DNA from: Callorhinchus milii
Taxonomy: Eukaryota
DNA length: 64,000 bases
Assembly (NCBI RefSeq): GCF_018977255.1
Contig: NW_024704842.1
Span: 62,001-126,000, forward strand
Direction: 5' to 3'
Below are positions 13,180-26,174 of this stretch, in pieces (position 1 is the stretch's first letter; each line of letters starts with the position of its first letter). Made by a program: the position numbers and the translations under genes. The notes beneath the pieces are model-generated. The model was not told where the DNA came from. It made no database searches and saw only the letters and a program-made list of their open reading frames with translations.

Positions 13180-16100
13180 TTAGTACCCCACACACTCCAG
13201 TTATAACCCTAACAACCAACGAATACGCCAATCCCCATTGATAAGCTACAGTACATTAGTACCTACATACCGCATTAATAACTGCCACAACCCATTAATA
13301 TGCCACGCCTCTGTAATGCCACACACCTTTAACACATAACAGAGCATCAATACCCCTCACGACATTAATACCCCACATCCAATTAATACCTCATACACCT
13401 CATTGGTACACTGCACATCCAAATATTACATCACCAACTCAAAGTTAAACCCCTGCTACACACCTTTCATTAATACTACACAAGCCATTGATACAACTTA
13501 CCCCATTAATACAACACTCCATTAGTACATAATGCTCACCATTAATATCCCACACTCCCCATTAATATCCCCAAACACCCCACCAAACACTTCACGCACC
13601 ATTATTGTCAAAAATGCACATTAATACCACACATCCCATTAATCCCCGTCGTCTCGTTAACAACCCACAACTGATTAATAGCACCAACAACAAAAAGATT
13701 ACACTGATGTCGCGCCTTTCACGTCGGGAGGACGTCGAAAGACACTGGACACATCCCATCTGCAACCGAAACACCATTCTTATTCCAAAACGTCATTGAT
13801 ACACCATAAACCATTAATAGCGAACGCCCCATTAATAACCGACACCCCATTAGAACCCCACACACGCAATTAATTGCCACACCACTATAATAATAACACA
13901 GAGCCCATTAACACCCGACACACCCATTGATACCCAACACACTTCAATAATACTGCACACTCCTTTAGTACCATAAATACTCTTAACATAACACAACCTA
14001 TTCATGCCACACACTCTATTTATAACACAAACCCATTTATACCTCACAGTTATTAGCACCACACACTTCACTAATGCCACACAACACTAGTAGCCCACAC
14101 CCCATTTATATCACATTAATACCCCATATATCCCATTAATACGGCACGGAACCCACCTAAACCCCACACACACCTTTAGTAACGACACCCCATTAATACC
14201 CGCACACTACATCAGTACCCAATCCCCATTAGTAGCACACACCTCACTGTTATCCCACACACCAGTAACACCGCTACACACCATTAACACCCCACACACC
14301 AATAATACCTAATACACCCCATTAATAACCCTCAAGTCCATTAACATCGAACACTCCATTAATGCATCACACACCACATTAATAACTTGCACACCACTAA
14401 TACCACAAAATTTATTCATATCAAACAGATAAATATTCCATAAAATATTGATAGCTCAAAACTCATTATTACCACAGATCCGATTAGTAACCTACGCCCC
14501 ATTATTAAAACACACACAGCATTATTACCCACAACCCACTAATCACACACATGCCCTTATTGCCACGAAGAACATTAATACCCCATAAACTATTGATACC
14601 ACACACAACACTAATAACCCAAATATCCCACCTCACAGCCCACATTAAAACCCCACATAACCCATAACAATCCCAAAGATACCATAAATCGCACACACCA
14701 CATTATTAGCACATACAACATTACCATCACGCACCAATGAATAAAATACACCCCATTGATATGGCACACCTCAGAACATCGTCACATAACCCATTAATAT
14801 GCAAAAACACCATTAATACCAAACGCACCACATTAATACTCCACAAACCACTAATACCCCACACTCCATAAATAACCCCACATCATTATTACAGCACACT
14901 CCATTGATATCCAACAGCCCATTAATACACCACAACCCATAAGTAAACTACACCCAAGTAGCACGTCACACCCCTCAATACCACAAACTCCTTTAGAACC
15001 CAAAACCCCATTAATACCCACACCAAACTAATCCCCCATTAATTCCATTAATGCCCCACACGCCCAATTCATACCACAAATAGGTTTGGATTTTGGGTTT
15101 TGAATTGTCGTGGCTAGAATTTGGGGTGCAGCAGCATATGTGCTGTGTTTGGCATGCGCTGTAGTTCTAAATAATAAATAAATACATTCTGAATAAGTAA
15201 ATTTGTAAACTGGATTTATAAGGTAAGAGCATAGTAAAGATGGTTGTACTTCACTTCATTTCCTAGCCAGGAAGTAAAGTCAAGACACGCACCGTTACCA
15301 TGTGCCTCCTTACAACACGGTTCCTTGATATCTCTACATATCTGCGGATGTGGACCACATGCGTCAGGGTGAAACGTTGAGCAAGTTTACTTACACCACA
15401 CGCCTAATAATAATCCCTCCAAAACAAAGCAACAATAAATTGTTCATTTTCAGTACACGACTGCCTGTGGGACACTGCTGCGCACAATTGGCTGCCGCTT
15501 ATTGTCCACAAATATATGGTCAATTCTCTTTACAGCATATTCTGTGAAGCGCTTTGAGACGTCTAGAAGACGTGAAAAGCGTTATATCAAATTCAAGGGT
15601 TATTATTATTATTGTTACATAGCCCGTTAATACCACACGCATAATTAGTACAACATAACCCATTAATTACACATACTTTGTCAATACCACACACCATATT
15701 CATACCCCACACTCCATTAGTACCCCAACGTCCATTAAATCCCTATAGCCCATAAATAACCCAAACTATATTAATACCCCATACACCCCATTAATACCTC
15801 CACACAACTTTGATAACCCAAACAACCCATTAATTACTCTACCCGCCTGATAATAATCACTCAAGAAAGAAAAAACGTATAATAAATTGGTCAATTCAAT
15901 CCACGAATCTATCGGATACCACTATTCGCAATTGGCTGCCAATGTTCAGCACAAATATACAGTCAACTCACTTTAAAGTCTATTTCGAGAAGCGCTTTGA
16001 GAAGTCCAGTAGACGTGAAAAGCGCTACTTCAAAGGCAAGGATTAGTTTTACTATTAATAATAATATCCTAAACACTCCATTAAGAACACACCCCCCATT

Positions 16101-19100
16101 AATAGCATATTAATATCACACACCCCGTTGATACCCCACAAACTCCACTAATACCATACACACCTCAGTAATACACTACATCCCGTCAATAAACCACACA
16201 CCATTAATGCCCCACATCCCGTTTTATACCGCAAACACGATTAATACCCCATACAACCCACTAATACCCTACACAAGACATTAATATCCTAAACACCCCA
16301 TTAATACCACAAAGCACTAATACCCTACAGCACTTTATTAACACGCACCACATTAATTCTCTATACCACATTAGTACTCCATGCATAATTAATAACCCAC
16401 ACCCCATTAATACTCCACAAAGAATTAATACCACACAAAACTGATTGCTACACCATATACACCGTGAATACCCCACACACCACAGCAAAAACCCACACAT
16501 CCCATCAATAACACACGCAGCGTTAACACCTACAGCAGATAAATATTCTATACACTATTGATATCACACACCACATTAATACCCATACACCCCAAAAGTA
16601 CACACAGATCCAATTAATACCAGCATACTCCAATAAAATCCCAAACAACACATTAATACCACACATCCCATTATTACCACAAACAAAAATTACAACCAAA
16701 CAGCCAATTGATAACACACACTCCATTGATAGCACACATCCCATTCATACAACAAACCGCATTAACACTATGTAGCAGATAAATACCCCATAACATTAAC
16801 ACCATACACCACATTGAAACACATACAATCCATTAGTACACACAGATCCCATTAATAACCCACAAAAAGTATTGAAATCCGAAGCATCATATTAGTACCA
16901 CACACCACATTATTAGCACATGCAAAAATTAGTAACACTCACCCCAATGATACCGCAGACTCTGTTAACATTACGCGTCCCAATAGTACCACAGAGCCCA
17001 TTATTAAAACTCCACTGGACTCCATACGCCACTTGTACGCCAATTCTCATGAATAGCCCACAAAACATCAACGCACCTCGACCCGTTAATACCTCACAAC
17101 TCGTTAATACCACACACCCATTCAACACACCTCTTCATCACCTAACCCGAAACACATAAGTACCCCAAACTCCATTGATATCCGACACAACATTAATGTT
17201 CCACATTTCATTAAAAACCCACAGCCCATTATTAAAATTCTATTAAACTGATTACCCCATTAACACGCCACTTCCCATTAATATCCCACACCCAATTACT
17301 CCATAAACCATTACTCCATAAACCATTAAAACCCCATGAAGTCTATTAGTTCCTCACACACCCCAGTAATGGCCCACACACCAGGTTAATACCTCAATCA
17401 ACCCATTAGCACTATAGAGCCCATTAATACAATATTCGACATTTATACCACAAATTCCGTTAATACCTCACACGCCATTAATACACCACATCCAAGAATA
17501 TAACACACTCTCCATTAATAGTATACCCCATTAATACCACCAACTCATTAATGCTATACAACCCATTAATTCCACTCTCGAATAATATCCCACTGATACC
17601 TCACTTCCCATTGATACCTACACCGCACTGAAAAACCATACCTTCTTAATACGCAAATCAGCCCATTAATGCTGCACAAACCTCAATAATATTCCACAAA
17701 CTCCAGAACACACCAATAATAAACAACACACCCCATTAATAATCCATATCATATTGATACCACACACAACCCATTAATACACAACACAGCTCATTAATAC
17801 ACCACAACATTTATTTTCACACAGTCCATTAACGAACCGTACCCCATTAATATCCCTTACTCTAATATTACCTAACATCTCACTAATACCCCATGCACCA
17901 TTAAGATCCCATTATGTCCCATTAGTATCCCACGCAGCCCATTATTACTCTACACACTCCATTAATATCTTACACAAACAACTAATACGTCAAATCTCAT
18001 TGCCTACCCATATCACATAAACATCCAGACCACATTAGTACCCAACACAGCCCATTAATAGCCCATACCATTTCAATAAAAAGCATACATTTAGTACACC
18101 ACATGCCATTAATTCCTCTCACACTATCAATAGCCCATAAAGGAATTACACCCATACACCAGTGAAACCCCATACGCCCCACTAGTACAACACAAACTCC
18201 GTTAAAACCCCATTACTACGACACATTCATTAACACCACACACCGCATTAACACAACAAACCCCGTTGATATCCTAACCACCATTAATAACAAATACACA
18301 ATCAATACCACACAGACCATTAATACAAAAATGCACAATAACACCATACATCCCATTAATAAACCACAACCAATTAATACCCCACGATCCACGAATCCCC
18401 CACAAATCATTATTGCAACACACTCCTTCAACACCTCCCTTTAACACTTAACAATTACCCCGTTAATACCCCGAAACACATTGGTACCCCATACCCCATT
18501 TATACACGAAATCCCTTTTTGAAACACAATCCACTAATATTCCACACACCCAATTCATTCCCACAACACATTAATATCACAGATCCCATTGGTACCAACC
18601 ACACACGTTAAGGGACAATAGACCCCATTAATACGCCACAATCTAAAACCACACAATCCATTACTAAACCACATCCTATTAATTATCTCCACCCCATTCA
18701 AACCCCACACCGGCGTATTGTCCAATACACCTCATTAATAGGCCACACACCGCATCAGCAGCCCAAATGCTCAATTAACACTGCAGGGATGTCCTCCGAC
18801 GTGAAAGGCGCTCTATAAATGGAATCTTGTTGTTGTTTTATCATTGCCACATACTCCATTAATATCCCACACACCATTTATACGCCGCTCAGCAATAATA
18901 CCCCATGAACGCCATTAATACCGCAAAACCACATTGATATGCCAGACACCTCATTAATACCCCCACACCCCACTGAGATCCCAAACACCCCATTGGTACC
19001 ACGTACCACATTATTACCACGGACTACTTTAATATCACACACTCAATCAACGCTTCACAACCCGTTAATAAGCTACACCTCATTGATACCCCGCACCCAA

Positions 19101-19840
19101 TTAATAACCCACACAATATTGATACCTCATACGCAACATTAGTACCCAAATGCACCCCAACAATAGCCACACACAAACCAAAATAATTCCAAACACTCCC
19201 CGTTATTACCGCAAATCCGATTTATAAGACACATTTATTTAATACCACAGAGCCCATTAAAAACACACGCACTATTGATACACCACACTCCATTGACACA
19301 ACCCACCCCCTTTGTACTCGCACCCCATGAATAACCCACACCACATAAGTAACCTGCACCTCATGTTTACCACATTAATTCCCCGCAATTCCATTCGTAA
19401 CAATCAAACAGTTAACAACCCACACACCATTAATATACCAGACCCTATTAATACCCACAGTCATTTAATAGGCCACTCTCCCGAAAAGTTCCACACATAC
19501 CGCATTAGTACCCCACAATCCCCGTTAATACCACACAAACCATTGATACCACATACTGAATTAATACAACAAGCTCCATTAATACCATACAACCCACTCA
19601 TACCACAAACAACGTTAACACCCGACACACCATTAACCCCAGAATAATATCCCACACACCCTTTTAAACCTCACACATACAATTGGAATACTAAAAAACA
19701 TTAATACGACAGACTCCATTAATACTTCACTCACATTGATACCAGACACTGCATCAATAAGTCACACATCACATTTATACCCGACCATCTCAAGTAGCAG
19801 CACACACACCCACTGAATATCCCACACACCCTATTAACGA
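13180..19840. repeat. Long degenerate minisatellite (CCCCATTAATACCACACAC-like), G-poor on the plus strand
   Basis: Hundreds of CCATTAATA/CCACAC motifs, interrupted by SINE and L2 tails; resumes in more homogeneous form at 24600-25180. Confidence 0.9.
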
Positions 19841-20739
19841 CCCAAAAGCAGAGGGACAACAGGCAGAGCAGATCGTCTGGCAAATGATGCTGTAGACTGT
19901 ATCCGTCGTTGTCACGTCGATACCAGAGTTGAGAAGAGATAAGTGGAAGAGTCGTGTGAGATGATAGCTGCCCAGACGAGGAGTCGCTACCGAGAGAGAT
20001 AGAGTAGAAGGAAGAGAGAGAGAATCACTATCAGCCCATCACCACTAACCGGGCAATATACTTCCATATATTTCCATTGGATACCCTTGGGTCATTCAAC
20101 AACTACAACTTGGATTTATATAGCGCCCTCCACGCCGCACGGCGTCTCAGAGCGCTTTCGTATCTGAATTAGCTTATCATCCAATGTGATATTGTTCTGA
20201 TTAATTTAGCGAATTACCATGCACGTCCTGATAACTGTTAATCAAACGTTATCCGAACATCATAAATCAAGTGAATTTGATGCACACACTTCATTAAATA
20301 AAGCCATATACTGTGTTGTGCTGCGCTTAATACTCGTGTGAGTTGTATGTTACAAACGAATCATCTGTCTAATACTAAAACGAGTGTATAGAACGTAACT
20401 CCCTATGGCATTTTTACCGACTATAAACAATAGCTTTTATTTAACTGAACAATACTGAGTGATAAAACTGTCATTTAAAATTAAAATGTAGTAAACTATA
20501 CCGAGCGTTCCTCAGTCTCAATACTTGCCACAGAATTGATTGTATCCCGAGACATTGTGAATGGTTAATCAAACCGGGAGCCCATAGGATAAACCGTTCT
20601 AAAATAAACTGAACCAAGTTAACATTGGGATCAGAAATCTCAACAAACCTCTCACACACACATAAACACACACTCATCACTGTGGACAGATTATAATCTC
20701 TCTCCCTCTATCTCTCACTTCTCTCTCTCTCTCTCTCAA

Positions 20740-21793
20740 ACACATACACCGCCACCTTCAGCACTGGTGGCACTTTACAGCTTCTCTCATACATTCACAA
20801 ACAAGACCAGCGCCAACCTCAGCACTGCGGGAATATTATAAATTCACACACACACATATGCACATAAAGAGCTTCTCTCAGCCTCGGAGCACATAAGAAT
20901 CTCTCTCTCTCACAGACACACAGAAAACACTGTGTCATTCTCAGCACTCGGACACATTGAAGCCTCTTTCACACAGACATCCCGACATAGATACACATCA
21001 CCACCGTTAGCACTGGCGGCACAGTACATTCGCTCTCTCTCTTCCTCTCTCCCGCACACACATAGAGCCATTCTCAGCACTGGGGACATATAACAGATTC
21101 ACACACACACACAAACACAGACACACACAAAAGCAAAAACACAGAGGGCCACCCGCAGCACGAGTTGCACATCAGATCGTCTCTCACAAATACACACAGG
21201 CTCCCATACACAGCGTCAGCCTTATCACTGGCGACACATTACACACACTTTCGCTCTCTCTCTCTCTCTCTCTCACTCTCTTTCTATTTATAATAATAAT
21301 AATCCTTGCATTTGATACAGCGCTTTTCACGTCGGGAGGACGTCCCAAAGCGCTTCACAGGACACACGGTAACGTGAATTGACTGTATATTTCTCTCTCA
21401 CACACACACTCAGTAAACACAGTGCCATTCTCAGCACTGGGGGCATATTACAGCTTGCACACACACAGCGCTATCCTCAGCACTGGAGACACACTGCAGT
21501 CTCTCTCACACAATCACACACACAGTCACATAACGACATACTCAGCACTGGGTTCTCATTATTTTCTCTATCACACAAAGGGAAGCCTCAGCACTGTGGG
21601 CATATTCCAGCTTGACACAGACACACAGCGCCACCCTCAGCACTGTGGGCACATAATATCCTCTCTCTCACACACACAGAAAGAAACACACAGAGCCACC
21701 CCAAAGCTGGAGATATATCACCGCCGTCTTTCGCTCTATTTCACACACACACTGCGCCGCCCTCAGCATTGTGGGCACATTGCAGACTCTTTA

Positions 21794-21824
<31 letters not shown>

Positions 21825-21910
21825 TACATGCATACATTCACACATGCACACATACATGCACACGTACAGCGCCACCCTCAGACTGGGGGCACTTTACAGC
21901 ATCATTCTCA
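20740..21910. repeat. Dispersed tandem motif CTCAGCACTGGGG.CA.ATT.CAG among (CA)n/(CT)n
   Basis: More than 10 copies visible. Confidence 0.7.
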
Positions 21911-21991
21911 CGCACAAAGCAATAGGTTCAGCAGTGGGATCAATCAGAGCCTCACTCACAAATCGACACAAACGCGCATAGCGCCATTCTC

Positions 21992-22325
21992 AGTAATAAT
22001 AATAATAATAATAATAATAATCCTTGCATTTGATATAGCGCCTTTCACGTCGGGAGTACGTACAAAGCGCTTCACAGAACACACTGTAAAGTGAATCGAC
22101 TGGATTTTTGTGGGCGAACGTGGCAGCCAATTGCGCACAGCAATGTCCCACAAACAGTCGTGGATTAAAAATGACCAATTTGTTATTGTTCTTGGTTTTG
22201 GAGGGATTATTATTAGGCTCTGTGTGGAGTAAGGAAACTTGCCCAAGGCTTCGCCCTCTGCCTGGAATTGATCTCAGGTCTGTCGCTTGCAAAGGGAGTG
22301 CTCTAACCACTGAGATACAGGACTC
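21992..22325 (-). mobile_element. Near full-length tRNA-derived SINE with L2-like tail
   Basis: Head GAGTCCTGTATCTCAGTGGTTAGAGCAC..GATCAATTCC (A/B-box-like); core CAATTGGCTGCCACGTTCGCCCACAAA; tail CGTGAAAGGCGCTATATCAAATGCAAGG(ATT)n. Many more copies or fragments occur, for example about 4566-4848, 15300-15610, 31100-31360 and 63461-63738. Confidence 0.85.
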
Positions 22326-22419
22326 CACGAATGGCGGCACATTGTAGCCTTTCGCTCTCTCGCAACCACACACATAGAGCCCAACCCTCAGCATTGGAGG
22401 CACTTTATAACTCACTGAC

Positions 22420-24601
22420 CCCTCTTCTCCTCTCACCCTCCTCCACAACACCCTCTGCTCCACACTCGATACTCTTGCCCCGATTACCTCCCGTACTGTC
22501 TCCTTCTCTCGCTCCTCCCCATGGGTCGCTACCCACCTCCGTTCAGTGAAGAGCCAGGTGCGGGCCGCTGAACGCACCTGCGTCAAATCTGGCCTCACGG
22601 TCCACCGACAAATCTGGCTGCACCTCCTCAAAATCTACCGCTCCACTCCAGCCTCGGTCAAGTCGTCCTTCTACTCCAGGATAATCTTGGAGGCGAAGAA
22701 CAACCCCAGGCTACTGTATTCTGCGACATCCCGAATCCTTCGTCCCCCCCGCCACCCCGCGCAGGTCATCTCCTCCAACATTCACTCTTTGGAGATGCCG
22801 GATTTCCTTGATTCCAATATCAAGGCCATTCGCTCCGCATTCACTTCCCCTCCAACATCCACACACCCACTTACACCCTTCCTCCCACACTCCGACTCCT
22901 ACCCATCCTCCTCTACACAATTTCGTACCCGTTTCCCCACTCTCTGTCACCAAGTTCATCCTATCCCTGAAACCGACCACGTGCTCGCTTGACCCCATCC
23001 CCACTCCACGCCTTATCTACCAGCTCCACCTCCTTGCCCTACGTATCGCAGACATCGTCAACCTGTCCCTCTCCTCTGGCTCTGTTCCCATTCCCTTGAA
23101 AACTGCCACCATTACTCCCAACTTGAAAAAACTCTCCCTTGATGCGTCCCAGCTATCAAGCTACCGGGCCATATCCAACCTTCCCTTCCTGTCCAAGGTC
23201 CTGGAACGAGTTGTCGCCTCACAGCTCCGCACTTTCTTCTCCACCCATTCATTATTCGAGCCCCTTCAGTCGGTTTTCCGTGCTACCGATAGCACAGAAA
23301 CTGCCCTGGTCAAGGTCACCAATGACATCTTGACCGCCTGCGACCAGGGCTCCCTCTGCCTGGTCGTCCTCCTCGACCTATCGGCAGCATTCGACACGGT
23401 CGACCACACTATCCTCCTCCATCGCTTATACTTCCACCTCAACCTTCAAGGCCCTGTCCTTGAGTGGTTTAGGTCGTACCTCTCCTACCGTCTTCACTTT
23501 GTTTCCAAGAACGTCTTTTTACTCCATCCCCGCACTGTCTCGTGCGGTGTCCCTCAGGGCTCTGTCCTCGGTCCCCTCCCCTTCACCTTCTATATGCTTC
23601 CTCTGTGGTGCCATCATCCGCAGACATGGGGTTAACTTCCACATGTATGCGGATGACATCCAACTCTACCTTTCCTCCTCTACCCTGAATCCACGACACC
23701 CGATGTCCTGACAGCTGCCTGTCCGACATCGAGTCCTGGACGAGAGACAAATTTCTTCAGCTCAACTTGCACCTCAGGCGCTGACAGCATCAACATCCAA
23801 GGCTGCACTCTCCACCTCTTAAAGCCATCAGATACCTCGGGGTTCTGTTCGACCCTGAGCTGTCCTTTCTCCGTCATTTCCGCGCCACAACTGGCACCGC
23901 CTTCCATCACCTCCGGAATATCGCCAGTCTATGGCACTACCTCACACCTCACGCGGCTGAAACTCTGGTCCACGCCTTTGTCACCTCAAGGCTGGACTAT
24001 GGGAACTGTCTCCCTCCACACTGCAGGTCATTTAGAACTCTGCATTTCGTGTACTGTCCCACACCAGGCTTCGGGACCACATCACTCCCACCCACGCTCC
24101 CCTGCACTGGCTCCCCATCCCCAGAGGATCGAGTTCAAGATCCTCATCCTCGCCTACAAGGCCAATCACGGACTTGCTCCTTCCTACCACTCCGACCTAC
24201 TATCCTCCAACCTGCCCGTACCCTCCGTTCCTCTGACTCCGGTCTGCTCCACATCCCCCCCCCCAACCGCCCTACTATCGGTGGCCTTCAGCCTCTCAGC
24301 CCCGAGGCTCTGGAACTCCATCCCTTCGCCGCTTCCTCCCTTTCCTCCTTCAAGGCCGGTCTCAAGACCTTTCTCTTTGTCCGTGTCTTCACCTCCACTC
24401 TCGACTCTCTAACCCATCCTCGCTCCCTCCCTTCCCTCCCCACACCCTGACCATTTCCCCACTCCTCGCTCCCTCCATTCCCTCCCCTCACCCTGACCAT
24501 TTCCCCACAAGGCTCGGTTCCTGACCCAACTATCCAGCGCCTTGGGACGTCCTCCCGACGTGAAAGGCGCTCTATAAATGGAATCTTGTTGTTGTTGTTG
24601 T
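22420..24601 (+). mobile_element. 5'-truncated, frameshifted L2-clade LINE (RT domain)
   Basis: YRAISNLPFLSKVLERVV, STETALVKVTNDIL, VLLDLSAAFDTVDH, GVPQGSVLGP, MYADDIQLY; 3' tail GACGTGAAAGGCGCTCTATAAATGGAATC(TTG)n. Confidence 0.93.
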
Positions 24602-25187
24602 TCCACATAGTCTAGTAATCCCCCATACAGTCCATTAATCCCAGACAAAGCCCAGTAATACCCCAGCAGCCTAGTAATACCCCCCACAGCCCAGTAATAC
24701 ACCCCACAGCTCATTAATAGCCCCCACAGCCCATTAATACCACTCACAGCCCATCAATATCCCCACGGCCCATTAATACCCCCCACAGCCCATTAATATC
24801 CCACACCGTCCCTTAATAACCTACACAAATCATTAATACCCTAAACAGACAACTAGTACCAAGCACAGCTCATTAATACCTCAAACACTCCATTAATACC
24901 CCACACCGCATGAATATAACACTCAATCAATACCTCTAGCAGCCCATCAATACCCCCCACACACCGTCAGTACCCCACACAACCATTGGTACCCCACACA
25001 CCATTAGTACCCCACACACCATTAGTACCCCAAACACCATTAGTACCCCACACACCCATTAGTACACCACACTCCCATTAGGACCCCACACCCATTGTAC
25101 CCATCACACCCATTTTACCCCATACCTACTTGTATTCCACAAACCCATTGGTACCCCTCACACCCAATAATACCCCTCACACATTGC

Positions 25188-25315
25188 TCTGACCCCGCCC
25201 ACTGGCTCACCATTGGTCCACCTCAAGCCCCGCCCCTTCAGCCACAGCCCTATTGGTGCGACCGTCACAAACTGCACTGTGATTGGCCCTCCGTCCCGTC
25301 AATCATCTGCACTTG
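25188..25315. promoter_or_regulatory. Promoter-like motif cluster: two GC boxes, three ATTGG boxes and one TGATTGAC site
   Basis: CCCCGCCC x2, CATTGG/TATTGG/GATTGG and CCGTCAATCA within about 130 bp. Confidence 0.45.
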
Positions 25316-25319
25316 CGCC

Positions 25320-26125
25320 CCATCTCTCTGTCCTTCTCTCTCTCTCTCTCTCTATCCCTCACCGTCTCTCTCTCCTTCTCTCTCTCCCTCTCCGTCTCTC
25401 TCTCCTTATCTCCCTCTCTCTTTCTCCCTCACCGTCTCGCTCTCCTTCTCTCTCTCTCTTCCTCCCTCACCGTCTCTCTCTCATTCTCTCTCTCTCTCAT
25501 TCTCTCTCTCTCTCTATCCCTTACCGTCTCTCTCTCCTTTCTCTCTCCCTCTCCGTCTCTCTCTCCTTATCTCCCTCTCTCTTTGTCCCTCACCNNNNNN
25601 NNNNNNNNNNNNNNNNNNNNNNNNNNNNNNNNNNNNNNNNNNNNNNNNNNNNNNNNNNNNNNNNNNNNNNNNNNNNNNNNNNNNNNNNNNNNNNNNNNNN
25701 NNNNNNNNNNNNNNNNNNNNNNNNNNNNNTTTCTCCCTCTCTCTTTGTCCCTCACCGTCTCTCTCTCTCTCTGTGCCTCAACGCCTCTCCTCTATCTCTC
25801 TCCCTCACCGTCTCTGTCTCCTTCTCTCTCTCTCTCCCTCTATCCCTCACCGTCTCTCTCTCCTTCTCTCTCTCCCTGTCCCTCACCGTCTCTCTCTCCT
25901 CTCCCTCACCGTCTCACACTCCTTCTCTCTCACCGTCTCTCTCTCCTTTCTCTCTCCATCTCCGTCTCTCTCTCCTTATCTCCCTCTCTCTTTTTCCCTC
26001 ACCGTCTCTCTCTCTCCCTCCCTCATCGTATCTCTCTCCTTATTTCCCTCTCTCTTTGTCCCTCACCGTCTCTCTCTCTCTGTGCCTCAACGCCTCTCCT
26101 CTATCTCTCTCCCTCACCGTCTCTG

Positions 26126-26174
<49 letters not shown>

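Noticed and set aside
21590-21650. CACTGTG heptamers suggesting J segments (also CACAGTG near 48286 and 48497)
   Set aside because: No nonamer at 12 or 23 nt and no FGxG motif; they are parts of local repeats. No D, J or C segment was found in the window.
22255-22325. tRNA gene (also about 29575-29640, 32050-32110, 33970-34020)
   Set aside because: These are tRNA-derived SINE heads continuous with SINE body and tail; no complete cloverleaf is evident.
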